Shown here piece by piece: positions 1 to 12,139 of a stretch of DNA of 58,673 nt. The stretch comes from Hydrurus foetidus (Eukaryota): the NCBI GenBank assembly GCA_900617105.1, contig UYFQ01000033.1, positions 1 through 58,673 of the forward strand, given 5' to 3'. A model generated the notes under the pieces. The model saw nothing but the letters and a program-made list of their open reading frames with translations, was not told the DNA's origin and did no database searches. Position numbers and translations under genes: made by a program. Numbering within the stretch: position 1 is the first letter of the stretch; each line of letters begins with the position of its first letter.

Positions 1-2310
1 GTTCACAATTATGATGGAACATACTCTTACCATCAGGTCCATATAAAAAGTCAGTCTATAAAATGTTACTATGATATATTCCTAAAATCGCCAGAGTATC
101 ATAATTGGCAAAAAGAGAATGTAAGAACTAAGAAGAAGGGTAGTAGTATTATCACGATTGTTCCGGCAATAAAATTAAGGATATTCACGAATGCCTTCTG
201 TCCATGCTGTATGAATCAAAAGCAACGTGACTGTGCCAATCATGTTCAAATTAATTACTATAATGCACTAAAAGCCATTGCGAACCTTAGAAGATATCAA
301 GGTATATCAAATGCGATAAAGAGCTGCCTATGTCACGGTCATCAGAATGAACATTATTTAAAATGTCACATATCCCTAAGTAGCTTTATGGACGCAGTGC
401 TTTGCAAAAAAACAGAATATCCTATTCTATCCGCGGTATCCAACTCCACTGTGAGTATTCAAAAACAAGAAGAAATGAATATTTTAATATCCCACACAAA
501 GCAAGAGAAAGAATCAAATGAAAAGAATGTGAAAGAGAATAGAAATATAAAAAGAGAACGAATCGCACGACAGCCTAAAAGCATTCCACTATTATCATGG
601 GGACCGTTATTTACTTGTTACTCTAAACAATGTGCATATCAGCAATGTACAGAATGCGGTATAGACAAGTTTTTCAGTGATTCAAATATGTGTGATATTG
701 AGAGGAATAAAGATGTTGAGGTGATAGTTCGAAAGTATGAAAATGTACAAGGGAGATCACGTGGAATGCAGTATGAAATTGTTGAAGTCAAAATGAATGG
801 AGATGAAGTTGTTGAACATTTAATACACTGTGCGAAGTTAGCTATACCCCATGAATGGAATGTGAAGTGGAATGCACATGCGAGGAATGTGTGTGTAAAT
901 ACTTCAACATCAGAAGTACTTACCCTCATGACCGATTTTTCTGCCGTGCTAGACCATGATGTGCAGGACAGGCTCAACACTGCTGTGCCGTGTAGATCCA
1001 ATCAATGCATATTCCTGGCGACCCACAGTCCAAGACACATTCAACTGAAGAATGGAGTAATGAAAAGGATACAGGAGAACGATGTGTGGCATATTTGGTC
1101 AGCACAAGGAGGTGTGATTGAAGCCAATAGTTATTATCACAGTGTGTCCACAAGACATATTGTGAATGAATATAGACATCTCAATATAAACAGAATTAAC
1201 ATATTCACGGATGGGTGCGCCGAGCAATACAAAAGCAGAAGGAATGCATATTTTGTTGCTGCGCTAGCTGAAGACTATGACATTGTGGTTACACACAATT
1301 ACGCACCCACAGCATCATTCAAGACTATGGTGGACGGCCAAGGTAATGTTACGAAAGCTTTCTATCGGAAGTTGGAGAGAAGTGAGGAGGAGGGAACTCG
1401 TTGTCCTACGTCATATGATCTCTTCAAGCTATTTACCTCACGGTACAACTTGGCTCCTGAAGCTGTGGAAGATCAACAGAGAAATCCCATGACGATAACA
1501 AGGCGATACCATCGCTTCGTAGTAGACAAATCGGATGCAACGCCTGAAATGATAGAAAGATCGAAGTCAGAAAAAGACGTCATAATAACGGACTACATAA
1601 GAGAAAGGTGGGATGCACCTCCAGTGAAGGGAATCAAGGGAATATTCAATCTATTGGCATACAAAGAAGAAGGTGAAATCAAACTCTTCAGTAGGCAACA
1701 TTCCTGTTTCTGTATAAGCTGTATCGGAAATGACTTCAAGAGATGTGAATTTCGCACAATATCTGGAGAATTACGGCAGGAACAAGTCAAAAAGTTACCT
1801 TTCAAAGAAAACGCACCGCCGAAAAATCACTCATCTGATGACATCAAGAAGGTCAATTTCTTCAAAGGTACATTGCCACCAAGCAGTGAAGCCAATATAA
1901 TAATTGCTATCCCCTGCGACAAGAAAGATTCAAGCGATGAGCCGTTTGTATTAGGATTGATGACAAAAAACATTACAGAATTGCAACGAGATCTTGAATC
2001 TGAGTATTCTATAAATGGTGTAAGGTTGAAATCGACAATTAAAAAAGGTACATGGTGTATAACATTGAAGCTTATGTACTGCCAGAATGTAAACGAGAAC
2101 GAGTTCTATATACCCATTAAGTCAAAAGAAATTAAGGTACCAATACAAGATGTATACTATCCAGTAGACGATTCTGAGTGTACACGTGAAAACTATCTGT
2201 TATGTTGTGCACAAACAAAAATTCTTAGGGGTACTCAGGTATCGAATGTATACACTATAGATAACGACTGTTTACATGTATTGCGAAAGTCAATGACAGA
2301 CGAGCACTAG
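1..2310 (+). CDS. Sola2-like DDD transposase, copy 1 (5'-partial; frame is open from base 1, ORF track starts at 211)
   Basis: Motifs TDFS, IFTDGCAEQYKS and HNYAPTASFKTMVDGQG resemble the DF..N / SDGCA.QYK / HGK..CDG.GG pattern I associate with Sola2 transposases; Cys-rich segments (FCPCC, SCFCISC). Family assignment is from memory of motifs. Confidence 0.7.
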   Translation, partial: VHNYDGTYSYHQVHIKSQSIKCYYDIFLKSPEYHNWQKENVRTKKKGSSIITIVPAIKLRIFTNAFCPCCMNQKQRDCANHVQINYYNALKAIANLRRYQGISNAIKSCLCHGHQNEHYLKCHISLSSFMDAVLCKKTEYPILSAVSNSTVSIQKQEEMNILISHTKQEKESNEKNVKENRNIKRERIARQPKSIPLLSWGPLFTCYSKQCAYQQCTECGIDKFFSDSNMCDIERNKDVEVIVRKYENVQGRSRGMQYEIVEVKMNGDEVVEHLIHCAKLAIPHEWNVKWNAHARNVCVNTSTSEVLTLMTDFSAVLDHDVQDRLNTAVPCRSNQCIFLATHSPRHIQLKNGVMKRIQENDVWHIWSAQGGVIEANSYYHSVSTRHIVNEYRHLNINRINIFTDGCAEQYKSRRNAYFVAALAEDYDIVVTHNYAPTASFKTMVDGQGNVTKAFYRKLERSEEEGTRCPTSYDLFKLFTSRYNLAPEAVEDQQRNPMTITRRYHRFVVDKSDATPEMIERSKSEKDVIITDYIRERWDAPPVKGIKGIFNLLAYKEEGEIKLFSRQHSCFCISCIGNDFKRCEFRTISGELRQEQVKKLPFKENAPPKNHSSDDIKKVNFFKGTLPPSSEANIIIAIPCDKKDSSDEPFVLGLMTKNITELQRDLESEYSINGVRLKSTIKKGTWCITLKLMYCQNVNENEFYIPIKSKEIKVPIQDVYYPVDDSECTRENYLLCCAQTKILRGTQVSNVYTIDNDCLHVLRKSMTDEH

Positions 2311-3095
2311 ATGATGCAACTTACTTTGACTAAACTTGTCACGATATTGCGCTTTAAAACAATTTGCGGATGTCAATATTGAGACTAGTCTCGCATCAGC
2401 TACTGCAGTCTGATAGTTCAACCAAAAGCTTCTCGATGCGATTACCCAACTTCAAGCGCACACTCCACGAATATGCCACTCATTCCAGACGCTTTTTGAT
2501 GCTAGCACATTCTGCAACCCAGATGCTATTAGATTTGATCTCAGTTTTGTGTCATTTATTTGATGAAATTTGATCACACTTCACACTTTCGTCTCGTAAT
2601 TTAGTTCTCAGTTATCAAATCGGCCAGAAGGACAGAGCAACCCTCATCCCCGTTTTCGTTATGCTGTACATTCGAACGTGTTCGAGGTGTCAAGCGCACT
2701 TGGATGCATCCACTTTTATTGGATCCTAATTTAGAACGGTGGTGATGATGAAATCAGTGAGAAATTGCTCTGGATGATGCGTTCATTGAAAGCTACCAGG
2801 CTAGTCATTGATGGATGACATATTAGTATCTATCGTAATTTGCTTGAAAGTCATCAGTAGCTGTCATGGATAATGAGTTCTAATCGAAAGCAACTTCCAA
2901 TTCTTGGTCGATCTCGGGATATTGACAACTTTTGAACCAAGGAGCGCATTTCGATAAAGATAAACGCAACCATCAGACTCACCATAGTCAAGTTAGTCGA
3001 GTCGAGCAGGAGCAACTTCAACGGTGGAACTTTTATGATCGGTATATTTGTGAGAGATGACACTGTCGATTGATCGATATATGCTGTGATGTTTC
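1..3095 (+). mobile_element. Partial copy 1 of Sola2-like DNA transposon (3' part of transposase plus right TIR 2724-3095)
   Basis: 1-3155 matches 9045-12199 (offset 9044) with only a handful of substitutions; 2724-3095 is the reverse complement of 7473-7844. Confidence 0.85.
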
Positions 3096-3155
3096 TGTTG
3101 AATATATCTGAGTATATGACACGTACACAATCGGTGTACTTACGTTATTTAGCGT
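3096..3155 (+). repeat. Truncated 60-bp fragment of the Copia-A 5' LTR
   Basis: Identical to 12140-12199 (TGTTGAATATATCTGAG...), preceded by the same GTTTC target sequence. Confidence 0.9.
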
Positions 3156-3201
3156 CCTGCCTCACTAACCCCGTCTCATCAAATTATTTGTACTCTAATA
3201 G

Positions 3202-4647
3202 ATTGATGGGGTTATTGTAGACGTGTCACGCATTTTAGTAAGTGTTGTGTACACGTACGCAATAATAAAAGAAGCAGCAAAAACAGTTCAGGCAAGTGAG
3301 AGATGGTGCGAAGATGAAAAAATAAATACTTTACAATTCAGTGCAAAATGGGTGAAAAAGTTTCTCAATCGCGCAAATTTGAGAAGGAGAAAAATAACAA
3401 CAGATGATAAGAAAATTCCATCAGATGAAGAGATAAAAAGAATAATGAATATTGGACAAAAAATGTATAAAAATTTTGGGCACACAAAAGATACTGTCAT
3501 AAATATGGATGAAACAGCGTTTACATATGCAATAGGCCCTGAGTATATGTATTGTCCAAAAGATCAAAGTAGGGCACAGAACATCGGAATACCAAACACA
3601 AAGCTGCGTATAACAGCTGTTGTTGCAGTTAGTGGTAATGGTGACTTTGTACCTTTATTCATCATCATAAAGCACTCCGTAAGTTCCGCTGATAGACCTG
3701 ACCAGTCCGGCATGAAAGTCATCCAAGACCTATATATGAAAGATACAGGTTTCGGTTTAAAAGATGGTTGGGAGCTTATTTTGTGGACTAAAGATCTTAC
3801 TGTGAAAGGTGTTACTGATACTCATAAATGTTTCTACCTCATTCATAAAGACACAGGACATGTAATTACCAGCCAATACAAGGCATGGAATGATACAGTT
3901 CGAATGATTATGTGGTTGGAATTAGTTGTTAAACCGCTTAAAGAACGATTAGGTAAATTGATGATATGGTTTGATAATTGTGGCTGTCATAAAACGTCAA
4001 TGGTTGATGATGTTATCAGTGAATTAGATGTTCAAATAGCATGTTTACCGCCAAATATGACAGGCGTACTGCAGGTACTAGATTTGATAGTTAATGGACC
4101 CCTTAAAGCACACACTAGAAATTTAAGAGGATCTAGAATAGTTGAGAGCTTTCGAAAATTCATAGTATCATACAATGATGAGTTAGCAAAAGATGTCAGT
4201 GATAGAGTGATGCCTGTATTTGACCCTCCCAAGCCAGACATGTTACAAAGCATTCAGGATCTATTTGATTTACTAGCTAATGGGTTCAAGAAATTAAAGT
4301 TTGTGGAGGGTGTGCAAAGGTCATTTATTAGCACAGGTTGTGTACCTTGTGATGAGAGAACCCCATCAGAACCAATATTTCAACAATACTCAAAACACAA
4401 GATATCTGGTACAATGAAAATAACACCGACAGGAACATCGCATCCACTAATCGTAACTAATAACGGTCCCTCAGACATGTCTAATATCGCTCCCTCAGAC
4501 ATATCTATTAACGATTCCTCAGACATATCTCTTGACAACACAAATCATTTTATTTCCCCAATTGATTTTATGCTAGAGTATGACAATGCCATGTTAGAAT
4601 ATGATCATGAAATCACAGAAGCAATGAATTTCATATCGAATTTGTAA
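3202..4647 (+). CDS. pogo/Tigger-like DDE_1 transposase (DD35D), 5'-truncated exon
   Basis: CENPB-type HTH remnant (FSAKWVKKFLNR), NMDET, WFDNC, LPPNMTGVLQVLD with 35 residues between the last two Asp. The frame opens right after an intron-like acceptor (CTAAC...CTAATAG ending at 3201). Confidence 0.85.
   Translation: MDGVIVDVSRILVSVVYTYAIIKEAAKTVQASERWCEDEKINTLQFSAKWVKKFLNRANLRRRKITTDDKKIPSDEEIKRIMNIGQKMYKNFGHTKDTVINMDETAFTYAIGPEYMYCPKDQSRAQNIGIPNTKLRITAVVAVSGNGDFVPLFIIIKHSVSSADRPDQSGMKVIQDLYMKDTGFGLKDGWELILWTKDLTVKGVTDTHKCFYLIHKDTGHVITSQYKAWNDTVRMIMWLELVVKPLKERLGKLMIWFDNCGCHKTSMVDDVISELDVQIACLPPNMTGVLQVLDLIVNGPLKAHTRNLRGSRIVESFRKFIVSYNDELAKDVSDRVMPVFDPPKPDMLQSIQDLFDLLANGFKKLKFVEGVQRSFISTGCVPCDERTPSEPIFQQYSKHKISGTMKITPTGTSHPLIVTNNGPSDMSNIAPSDISINDSSDISLDNTNHFISPIDFMLEYDNAMLEYDHEITEAMNFISNL
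4461..4532 (+). repeat. 3 x 24-bp coding tandem repeat in pogo C-terminus
   Basis: Units taacggtccctcagacatgtctaa / tatcgctccctcagacatatctat / taacgattcctcagacatatctct. Confidence 0.8.
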
Positions 4648-5230
4648 GCCATTAATTTTGCAATTTAATGATAAGAATGAGTTTGTTTAAAATGAATATT
4701 TTATTTTAAAGTCAGACAGATCCGATTATTAATGTCTAAATGAGATAACACACGAAAAGATATCGGGAATCATATATTCTCAGATGTTGATAAACAGATT
4801 CTCAAATATTACGAAATAATCTCTTCGACTCAAGATATGACTTATTATCATCGCTGGCACTCATAACAACGACAGTCAGTGCGTATCCATTCCTGCTGTG
4901 GTTTGTATCACTTTCACAGAGCAGACAATCAAAGCTAATAAACTGCAACATATCGCAATCTGTCAATTTATCAATGATAGGGGCCAGCTTTGCGGCCCAC
5001 TTACGTCGTAGATGGCCAATGTGCTCACCAGGAATGTAAGTCCCTTTATTAGGACCGTTATGATCGTCCGGTGCTAACACTTGAATGCAATTCGTATCTG
5101 AGAAATGCGTTCCGTAATAGAATAAAGTAAGCGATAGATTACAGTTGCAACTTGATTTTAATAATGATAATTCTGTAGCCCTTCGCCACTCAGCACATGA
5201 TACTATACTCCCTCTGTGGCGTACGGTCTA

Positions 5231-5390
5231 CAAGGTCACTGCAGGGCCACAATTGTCACTGCATGGCCACATCTAGGTTGATGCTCGCCCATGTAGAAGT
5301 TAAGTATTGCGCTAGAGTTAATTACTGCGTGGACCAGCACCAACCTAGATGTGGCCATGCAGTGACAATTGTGGCCCTGCAGTGACCTTG
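5231..5390. mobile_element. 160-bp MITE, Tc1/mariner-type (TA target duplication)
   Basis: Perfect 50-bp TIRs (5231-5280 and 5341-5390), TA on both sides (5229-5230, 5391-5392), internal subrepeat GTCACTGCA(G/T)GGCCACA twice per arm. Confidence 0.85.
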
Positions 5391-7417
5391 TATACGTATA
5401 CGGTACGCCACAGAAGGATCATATTACCACATTCTAAATGACAAATGGATGCAATTGGCCTTATCATCACGCAGAACAATTTCGCTGCAAGACTAGCCAG
5501 GAATTCCGCTTCATTAAATTGTCAATTTAGATTAGACAACATGCATTACTACAGTTTTATACGTTGGCGTGCATGATATGATGCGATATCGATATGATTC
5601 GTCTAAGTGTTGAGATTTCTAAAAATTTGGGCAGCATTACACCTCGTTGTGAAAAGGAGTATAAATGGAACTATCAATCAGCGATGAAAAGAAAATCGTA
5701 TTCGATAGATCGAAAATTAGGCGTCATCAAGTTGTAAGATGACTACTTTTGTATCAACGGAGAAAGCTGCATAGACGTCTTCATTACCATGTGGATTATC
5801 AACGTCGCGATTCAGCCTGCACGTTGATCCTTTGCGCACTTTGATCAGAGCGTCCAGAGCAAAAAGTCCGGTCGCAGGGCAATTCATTCGAAAAATTTCT
5901 TTCATGTCTGGAAAAACATAGCAGTCACGCAAAAATCAATTTAGAATTCAGGGAACATCGCAATCGTGTCGCTCTCGACGGATTCTGATTTTTCAAGCAT
6001 GTCTCCAGACAATCGCAATTTCATATTCTTCAGCAGCATCATGGAGGAGATAGAATGAGGCTCTTTACCTCGCCGATGGTTTCTGGTTGCTCCTCCTCCT
6101 GGAATTGATAACGCCTCGTCAACGAAATCTCCGATTACGCCGTGATGGAACTGAGATATCTTATACTCGAGGCACACTTTCCACCACTCCGAATGGCGTC
6201 AAGTGAAAAGTTGATTGTGCAGTTGTACTATGACTGCAACTGAGATGTAAATGATTAAGTAATGAATATTGGCCGTAAAATTTGCTTATGTCCCGAGATC
6301 GCACTCACGGCCGATAGAACAAAGGGCACTCGACGGTACGTGATACAATTTTTGGGGCATTTCGGACGGGAAAACCGAGAAGTGGAGTACAATACCAAAT
6401 ACAGAATACAGTGTTCCCGCGATCTGAAAAATAATCCGATGGAGGACAGAAATATGAAATATGAAATATGAGGCAAATTGTCTGATAACCCTTTTCGAGT
6501 TCTACCGTTCTTCCCCCTGAATGAAGCCACAAGACCATGCAAAATGCGACTCCAAGACATAAAATTCATTGCGAGACCACGAATAAGGAAGCTTTCGTAA
6601 AATCGAGGAAGACCAAATATGCTAAACGGATAGCGCTCTACTAACCAGAGCAATCATTAGGTACTATCAAGTGTTCATACCGTAATCAGATGGCTCTGGA
6701 AGTGGTAATACTAGGGCACTGTTATCAATCACTGCAGAACTTTTGATTGTCAGCAAATATTCTGTCAAGATGGTTTTTTCTGTCACGAAGTGGCTCGCTG
6801 TTTGATGGTGACGTGTACCGTTTTGGATTGATTTGGAGCAGACCAGCTTGAATGAAAGATCGCAGCTGCGTGATCACCACGGATTTCAAGAGTTTGACAG
6901 ACAGAATTATGACTGAGGAGGAAACACTCTAAAGAAACCTCAGTATAGGGTTTTGAGTGACTCAAGTGCGCTTTGGTATACGACCAGAATATTAGCTGTA
7001 AAAAAGCAGCAGATGTACAGTGGGGAAATAGATAGAATGCGAAGGAGCAATTAGACAAACGAAAAATTGTGATAAAGTGCATGGACACATAAACTATACA
7101 ATCTTACAGAAACGTCTCAAAACGGACGATTATAGATGACCATCGAATTCAACAGATGAAGCATGCAAAAGCAAGCATTCGTCGGTACTGCATTATCATA
7201 TTTTGATGAAGACAAGTACTACTTTTGAGGTCCTTGTATGAAATAGCCAATTCATCCCTGTCTGCTTTTGGATCGGGTGGATTAACTTTTAACTTCCAAC
7301 TGCAACTATACCATCTACTGCAGTACGGCGGGGGAGGCCAAAGGGCCAAGAAGTTCTGTTCTGAAAAAGACTCTAAGTCAGATCATCTCGGAACTCAGAC
7401 CCGACCGTAGGACCGCG

Positions 7418-7844
7418 CAGGGGTTGCACGATTGTCCGCACACGTCCCCACTCATCGGCGGAATAATAAATCGAAACATCACAGCATATATCGATCAATC
7501 GACAGTGTCATCTCTCACAAGTATACCGATCATAAAAGTTCCACCGTTGAAGCTGCTCCTGCTCGACTCGACTAACTTGACCATGGTGAGTCTGATGGTT
7601 GCGTTTATCTTTATCGAAATGCGCTCCTTGGTTCAAAAGTTGTCAATATCCCGAGATCGACCAAGAATTGGAAGTTGCTTTCGATTAGAACTCATTATCC
7701 ATGACAGCTACTGATGACTTTCAAGCAAATTACGATAGATACTAATATGTCATCCATCAATGACTAGCCTGGTAGCTTTCAATGAACGCATCATCCAGAG
7801 CAATTTCTCACTGATTTCATCATCACCACCGTTCTAAATTAGGA
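7418..7844 (+). repeat. Left TIR of Sola2-like element
   Basis: Reverse complement of 11768-12139 joined to 25219-25262, with a few mismatches and one short diverged patch. Confidence 0.88.
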
Positions 7845-7878
7845 GACCGATGACTGCTCACTGCAGGCGGAGGAAGCA

Positions 7879-10800
7879 GTGTATCAGGGACTTTTAGTTC
7901 GCTTTAATCAAGTTCTGAGGAACATTGAGTCGTACTTTTCTGACTGTGAGTCCGATCTAAGTATATTCCGTAGAACGGTCGCACCAGCAACTGGGCAAAT
8001 AAGTTTATATTTTAGCAGTGAATGCGAACAGTTTGGAATGGATCAATCTGTCTATAAAGGTCTAACGGAGTATAGCAAAAAGTATAGAAGCAACTTTCAG
8101 AGTCTTATGAGCGCTGGGAATTTCTTTTTCGAGGGTCGAGCAGACTACAAAACGAAGCTTCTTGTTTTTACGATATCAAATGGGACTGGTAGAAAGGCTT
8201 CACATGTGCCAGAGGAATGGATAAGGCCAGTTGTTGAGGTGGAGGATGTAGGTCAAAAGAGAAAGTTGAAAAGGGGTGAGAGGGGTCCTGGCAAAAAAGA
8301 TTACGGGTCGTCTAAGACAGTAAACCAGAGTGTTAGACAAATCTTTGAGAAGCTTAATACATTTTTGGGTGAAGGGATGGTAGATTTTAGCCAATCTAAA
8401 AAACATCAAATAATTAACGGTGTGATAAATAAGATAAAAAACTATTATAAGATTGACGATAGTAGCGAAGTAAATAACGAAACAAATGTAAGCATAGTGA
8501 ACTCTTTAAAAAATTACTTTACGGGTCTTCGCGAATATGGGGGGAAATTTACTCTTGTAGAGAGCACAATCGAGAGTATCCTCACTGCAGTATTAGATAA
8601 CAATTCAAACAATGTGGAATTAGCGAAATTACTTAATGTATCAAGAAGAAGAATTATGTGTGGAAAATTGAAGAGAAAAATATTCGATGGAATAATTGAA
8701 AATGAAAAAAACAAAAAAATAAATGATTACCCATTAGAAGCAGTAGAGTCATCAGATGAATCGATTATTGACGAGTTATCTACTGACTTAGAGGAATATT
8801 ATTCAAATATTAAAGATTCAGATGAAAGTGGTTGGGGTGGAAGTAGTGATGAAAATGCTGAAGCCTCTAACAATGATATAGACTCGGAGGAGGTTACTGA
8901 ATCTATTAAGAAGTGTAGAAAAAACATATTCTTCACAGTGTTGTCCCCGAAGGGGAGAAAAATTATAAATCGGATCTTAGCGTTGTACGTGATTTCTGTC
9001 ATGACGTCTGTAGACTCGAAACTTTCGCTTCAGCAAAAGTTTACGTTCACAATTATGATGGAACATACTCTTACCATCAGGTCCATATAAAAAGTCAGTC
9101 TATAAAATGTTACTATGACATATTCCTAAAATCGCCAGAGTATCATAATTGGCAAAAAGAGAATGTAAGAACTAAGAAGAAGGGTAGTAGTATTATCACG
9201 ATTGTTCCGGCAATAAAATTAAGGATATTCACGAATGCCTTCTGTCCATGCTGTATGAATCAAAAGCAACGTGACTGTGCCAATCATGTTCAAATTAATT
9301 ACTATAATGCACTAAAAGCCATTGCGAACCTTAGAAGATATCAAGGTATATCAAATGCGATAAAGAGCTGCCTATGTCACGGTCATCAGAATGAACATTA
9401 TTTAAAATGTCACATATCCCTAAGTAGCTTTATGGACGCAGTGCTTTGCAAAAAAACAGAATATCCTATTCTATCCGCGGTATCCAACTCCACTGTGAGT
9501 ATTCAAAAACAAGAAGAAATGAATATTTTAATATCCCACACAAAGCAAGAGAAAGAATCAAATGAAAAGAATGTGAAAGAGAATAGAAATATAAAAAGAG
9601 AACGAATCGCACGACAGCCTAAAAGCATTCCACTATTATCATGGGGACCGTTATTTACTTGTTACTCTAAACAATGTGCATATCAGCAATGTACAGAATG
9701 CGGTATAGACAAGTTTTTCAGTGATTCAAATATGTGTGATATTGAGAGGAATAAAGATGTTGAGGTGATAGTTCGAAAGTATGAAAATGTACAAGGGAGA
9801 TCACGTGGAATGCAGTATGAAATTGTTGAAGTCAAAATGAATGGAGATGAAGTTGTTGAACATTTAATACACTGTGCGAAGTTAGCTATACCTCATGAAT
9901 GGAATGTGAAGTGGAATGCACATGCGAGGAATGTGTGTGTAAATACTTCAACATCAGAAGTACTTACCCTCATGACCGATTTTTCTGCCGTGCTAGACCA
10001 TGATGTGCAGGACAGGCTCAACACTGCTGTGCCGTGTAGATCCAATCAATGCATATTCCTGGCGACCCACAGTCCAAGACACATTCAACTGAAGAATGGA
10101 GTAATGAAAAGGATACAGGAGAACGATGTTTGGCATATTTGGTCAGCACAAGGAGGTGTGATTGAAGCCAATAGTTATTATCACAGTGTGTCCACAAGAC
10201 ATATTGTGAATGAATATAGACATCTCAATATAAACAGAATTAACATATTCACGGATGGGTGCGCCGAGCAATACAAAAGCAGAAGGAATGCATATTTTGT
10301 TGCTGCGCTAGCTGAAGACTATGACATTGTGGTTACACACAATTACGCACCCACAGCATCATTCAAGACTATGGTGGACGGCCAAGGTAATGTTACGAAA
10401 GCTTTCTATCGGAAGTTGGAGAGAAGTGAGGAGGAGGGAACTCGTTATCCTACGTCATATGATCTCTTCAAGCTATTTACCTCACGGTACAACTTGGCTC
10501 CTGAAGCTGTGGAAGATCAACAGAGAAATCCCATGACGATAACAAGGCGATACCATCGCTTCGTAGTAGACAAATCGGATGCGACGCCTGAAATGATAGA
10601 AAGATCGAAGTCAGAAAAAGACGTCATAATAACGGACTACATAGGAGAAAGGTGGGATGCACCTCCAGTGAAGGGAATCAAGGGAATATTCAATCTATTG
10701 GCATACAAAGAAGAAGGTGAAATCAAACTCTTCAGTAGGCAACATTCCTGTTTCTGTATAAGCTGTATCGGAAATGACTTCAAGAGATGTGAATTTCGCA

Positions 10801-11354
10801 CAATATCTGGAGAATTACGGCAGGAACAAGTCAAAAAGTTACCTTTCAAAGAAAACGCACCGCCGAAAAATCACTCATCTGATGACATCAAGAAGGTCAA
10901 TTTCTTCAAAGGTACATTGCCACCAAGCAGTGAAGCCAATATAATAATTGCTATCCCCTGCGACAAGAAAGATTCAAGCGATGAGCCGTTTGTATTAGGA
11001 TTGATGACAAAAAACATTACAGAATTGCAACGAGATCTTGAATCTGAGTATTCTATAAATGGTGTAAGGTTGAAATCGACAATTAAAAAAGGTACATGGT
11101 GTATAACATTGAAGCTTATGTACTGCCAGAATGTAAACGAGAACGAGTTCTATATACCCATTAAGTCAAAAGAAATTAAGGTACCAATACAAGATGTATA
11201 CTATCCAGTAGACGATTCTGAGTGTACACGTGAAAACTATCTGTTATGTTGTGCACAAACAAAAATTCTTAGGGGTACTCAGGTATCGAATGTATACACT
11301 ATAGATAACGACTGTTTACATGTATTGCGAAAGTCAATGACAGACGAGCACTAG
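7879..11354 (+). CDS. Sola2-like transposase, copy 2; ORFs 7879-9090 and 9255-11354 are one gene with a -1 frameshift near 8958-8966
   Basis: The frame of the 699-aa ORF is open upstream (YKSDLSVVRDFCHDVCRL...) and overlaps the end of the 403-aa ORF. True start unresolved: possible splice acceptor at 7841-7842. Confidence 0.7.
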
Positions 11355-11767
11355 ATGATGCAACTTACTTTGACTAAACTTGTCACGATATTGCGCTTTA
11401 AAACAATTTGCGGATGTCAATATTGAGACTAGTCTCGCATCAGCTACTGCAGTCTGATAGTTCAACCAAAAGCTTCTCGATGCGATTACCCAACTTCAAG
11501 CGCACACTCCACGAATATGCCACTCATTCCAGACGCTTTTTGATGCTAGCACATTCTGCAACCCAGATGCTATTAGATTTGATCTCAGTTTTGTGTCATT
11601 TATTTGATGAAATTTGATCACACTTCACACTTTCGTCTCGTAATTTAGTTCTCAGTTATCAAATCGGCCAGAAGGACAGAGCAACCCTCATCCCCGTTTT
11701 CGTTATGCTGTACATTCGAACGTGTTCGAGGTGTCAAGCGCACTTGGATGCATCCACTTTTATTGGA

Positions 11768-12139
11768 TCCTAATTTAGAACGGTGGTGATGATGAAATCA
11801 GTGAGAAATTGCTCTGGATGATGCGTTCATTGAAAGCTACCAGGCTAGTCATTGATGGATGACATATTAGTATCTATCGTAATTTGCTTGAAAGTCATCA
11901 GTAGCTGTCATGGATAATGAGTTCTAATCGAAAGCAACTTCCAATTCTTGGTCGATCTCGGGATATTGACAACTTTTGAACCAAGGAGCGCATTTCGATA
12001 AAGATAAACGCAACCATCAGACTCACCATAGTCAAGTTAGTCGAGTCGAGCAGGAGCAACTTCAACGGTGGAACTTTTATGATCGGTATATTTGTGAGAG
12101 ATGACACTGTCGATTGATCGATATATGCTGTGATGTTTC
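11768..12139 (-). repeat. Right TIR of Sola2-like element, inner part (interrupted by Copia-A)
   Basis: 372-bp reverse complement of 7473-7844; continues after the Copia at 25219-25262. Confidence 0.9.

Noticed and set aside
5231..5390. Short repeats that might suggest a CRISPR array
   Set aside because: They are inverted MITE arms with subrepeats; no spacers or cas genes.
4802..7410. Scattered short ORFs between the pogo gene and the Sola left TIR
   Set aside because: No motifs I can recognise and no consistent exon chain; may be a decayed gene or TE, needs BLASTX.
7424..7714. Thrice-repeated small ORF (IPIIKVPPLKLLLLD...) at 7424, 2854 and 11898
   Set aside because: Its repetition is fully explained by the transposon TIR; no recognisable domain.
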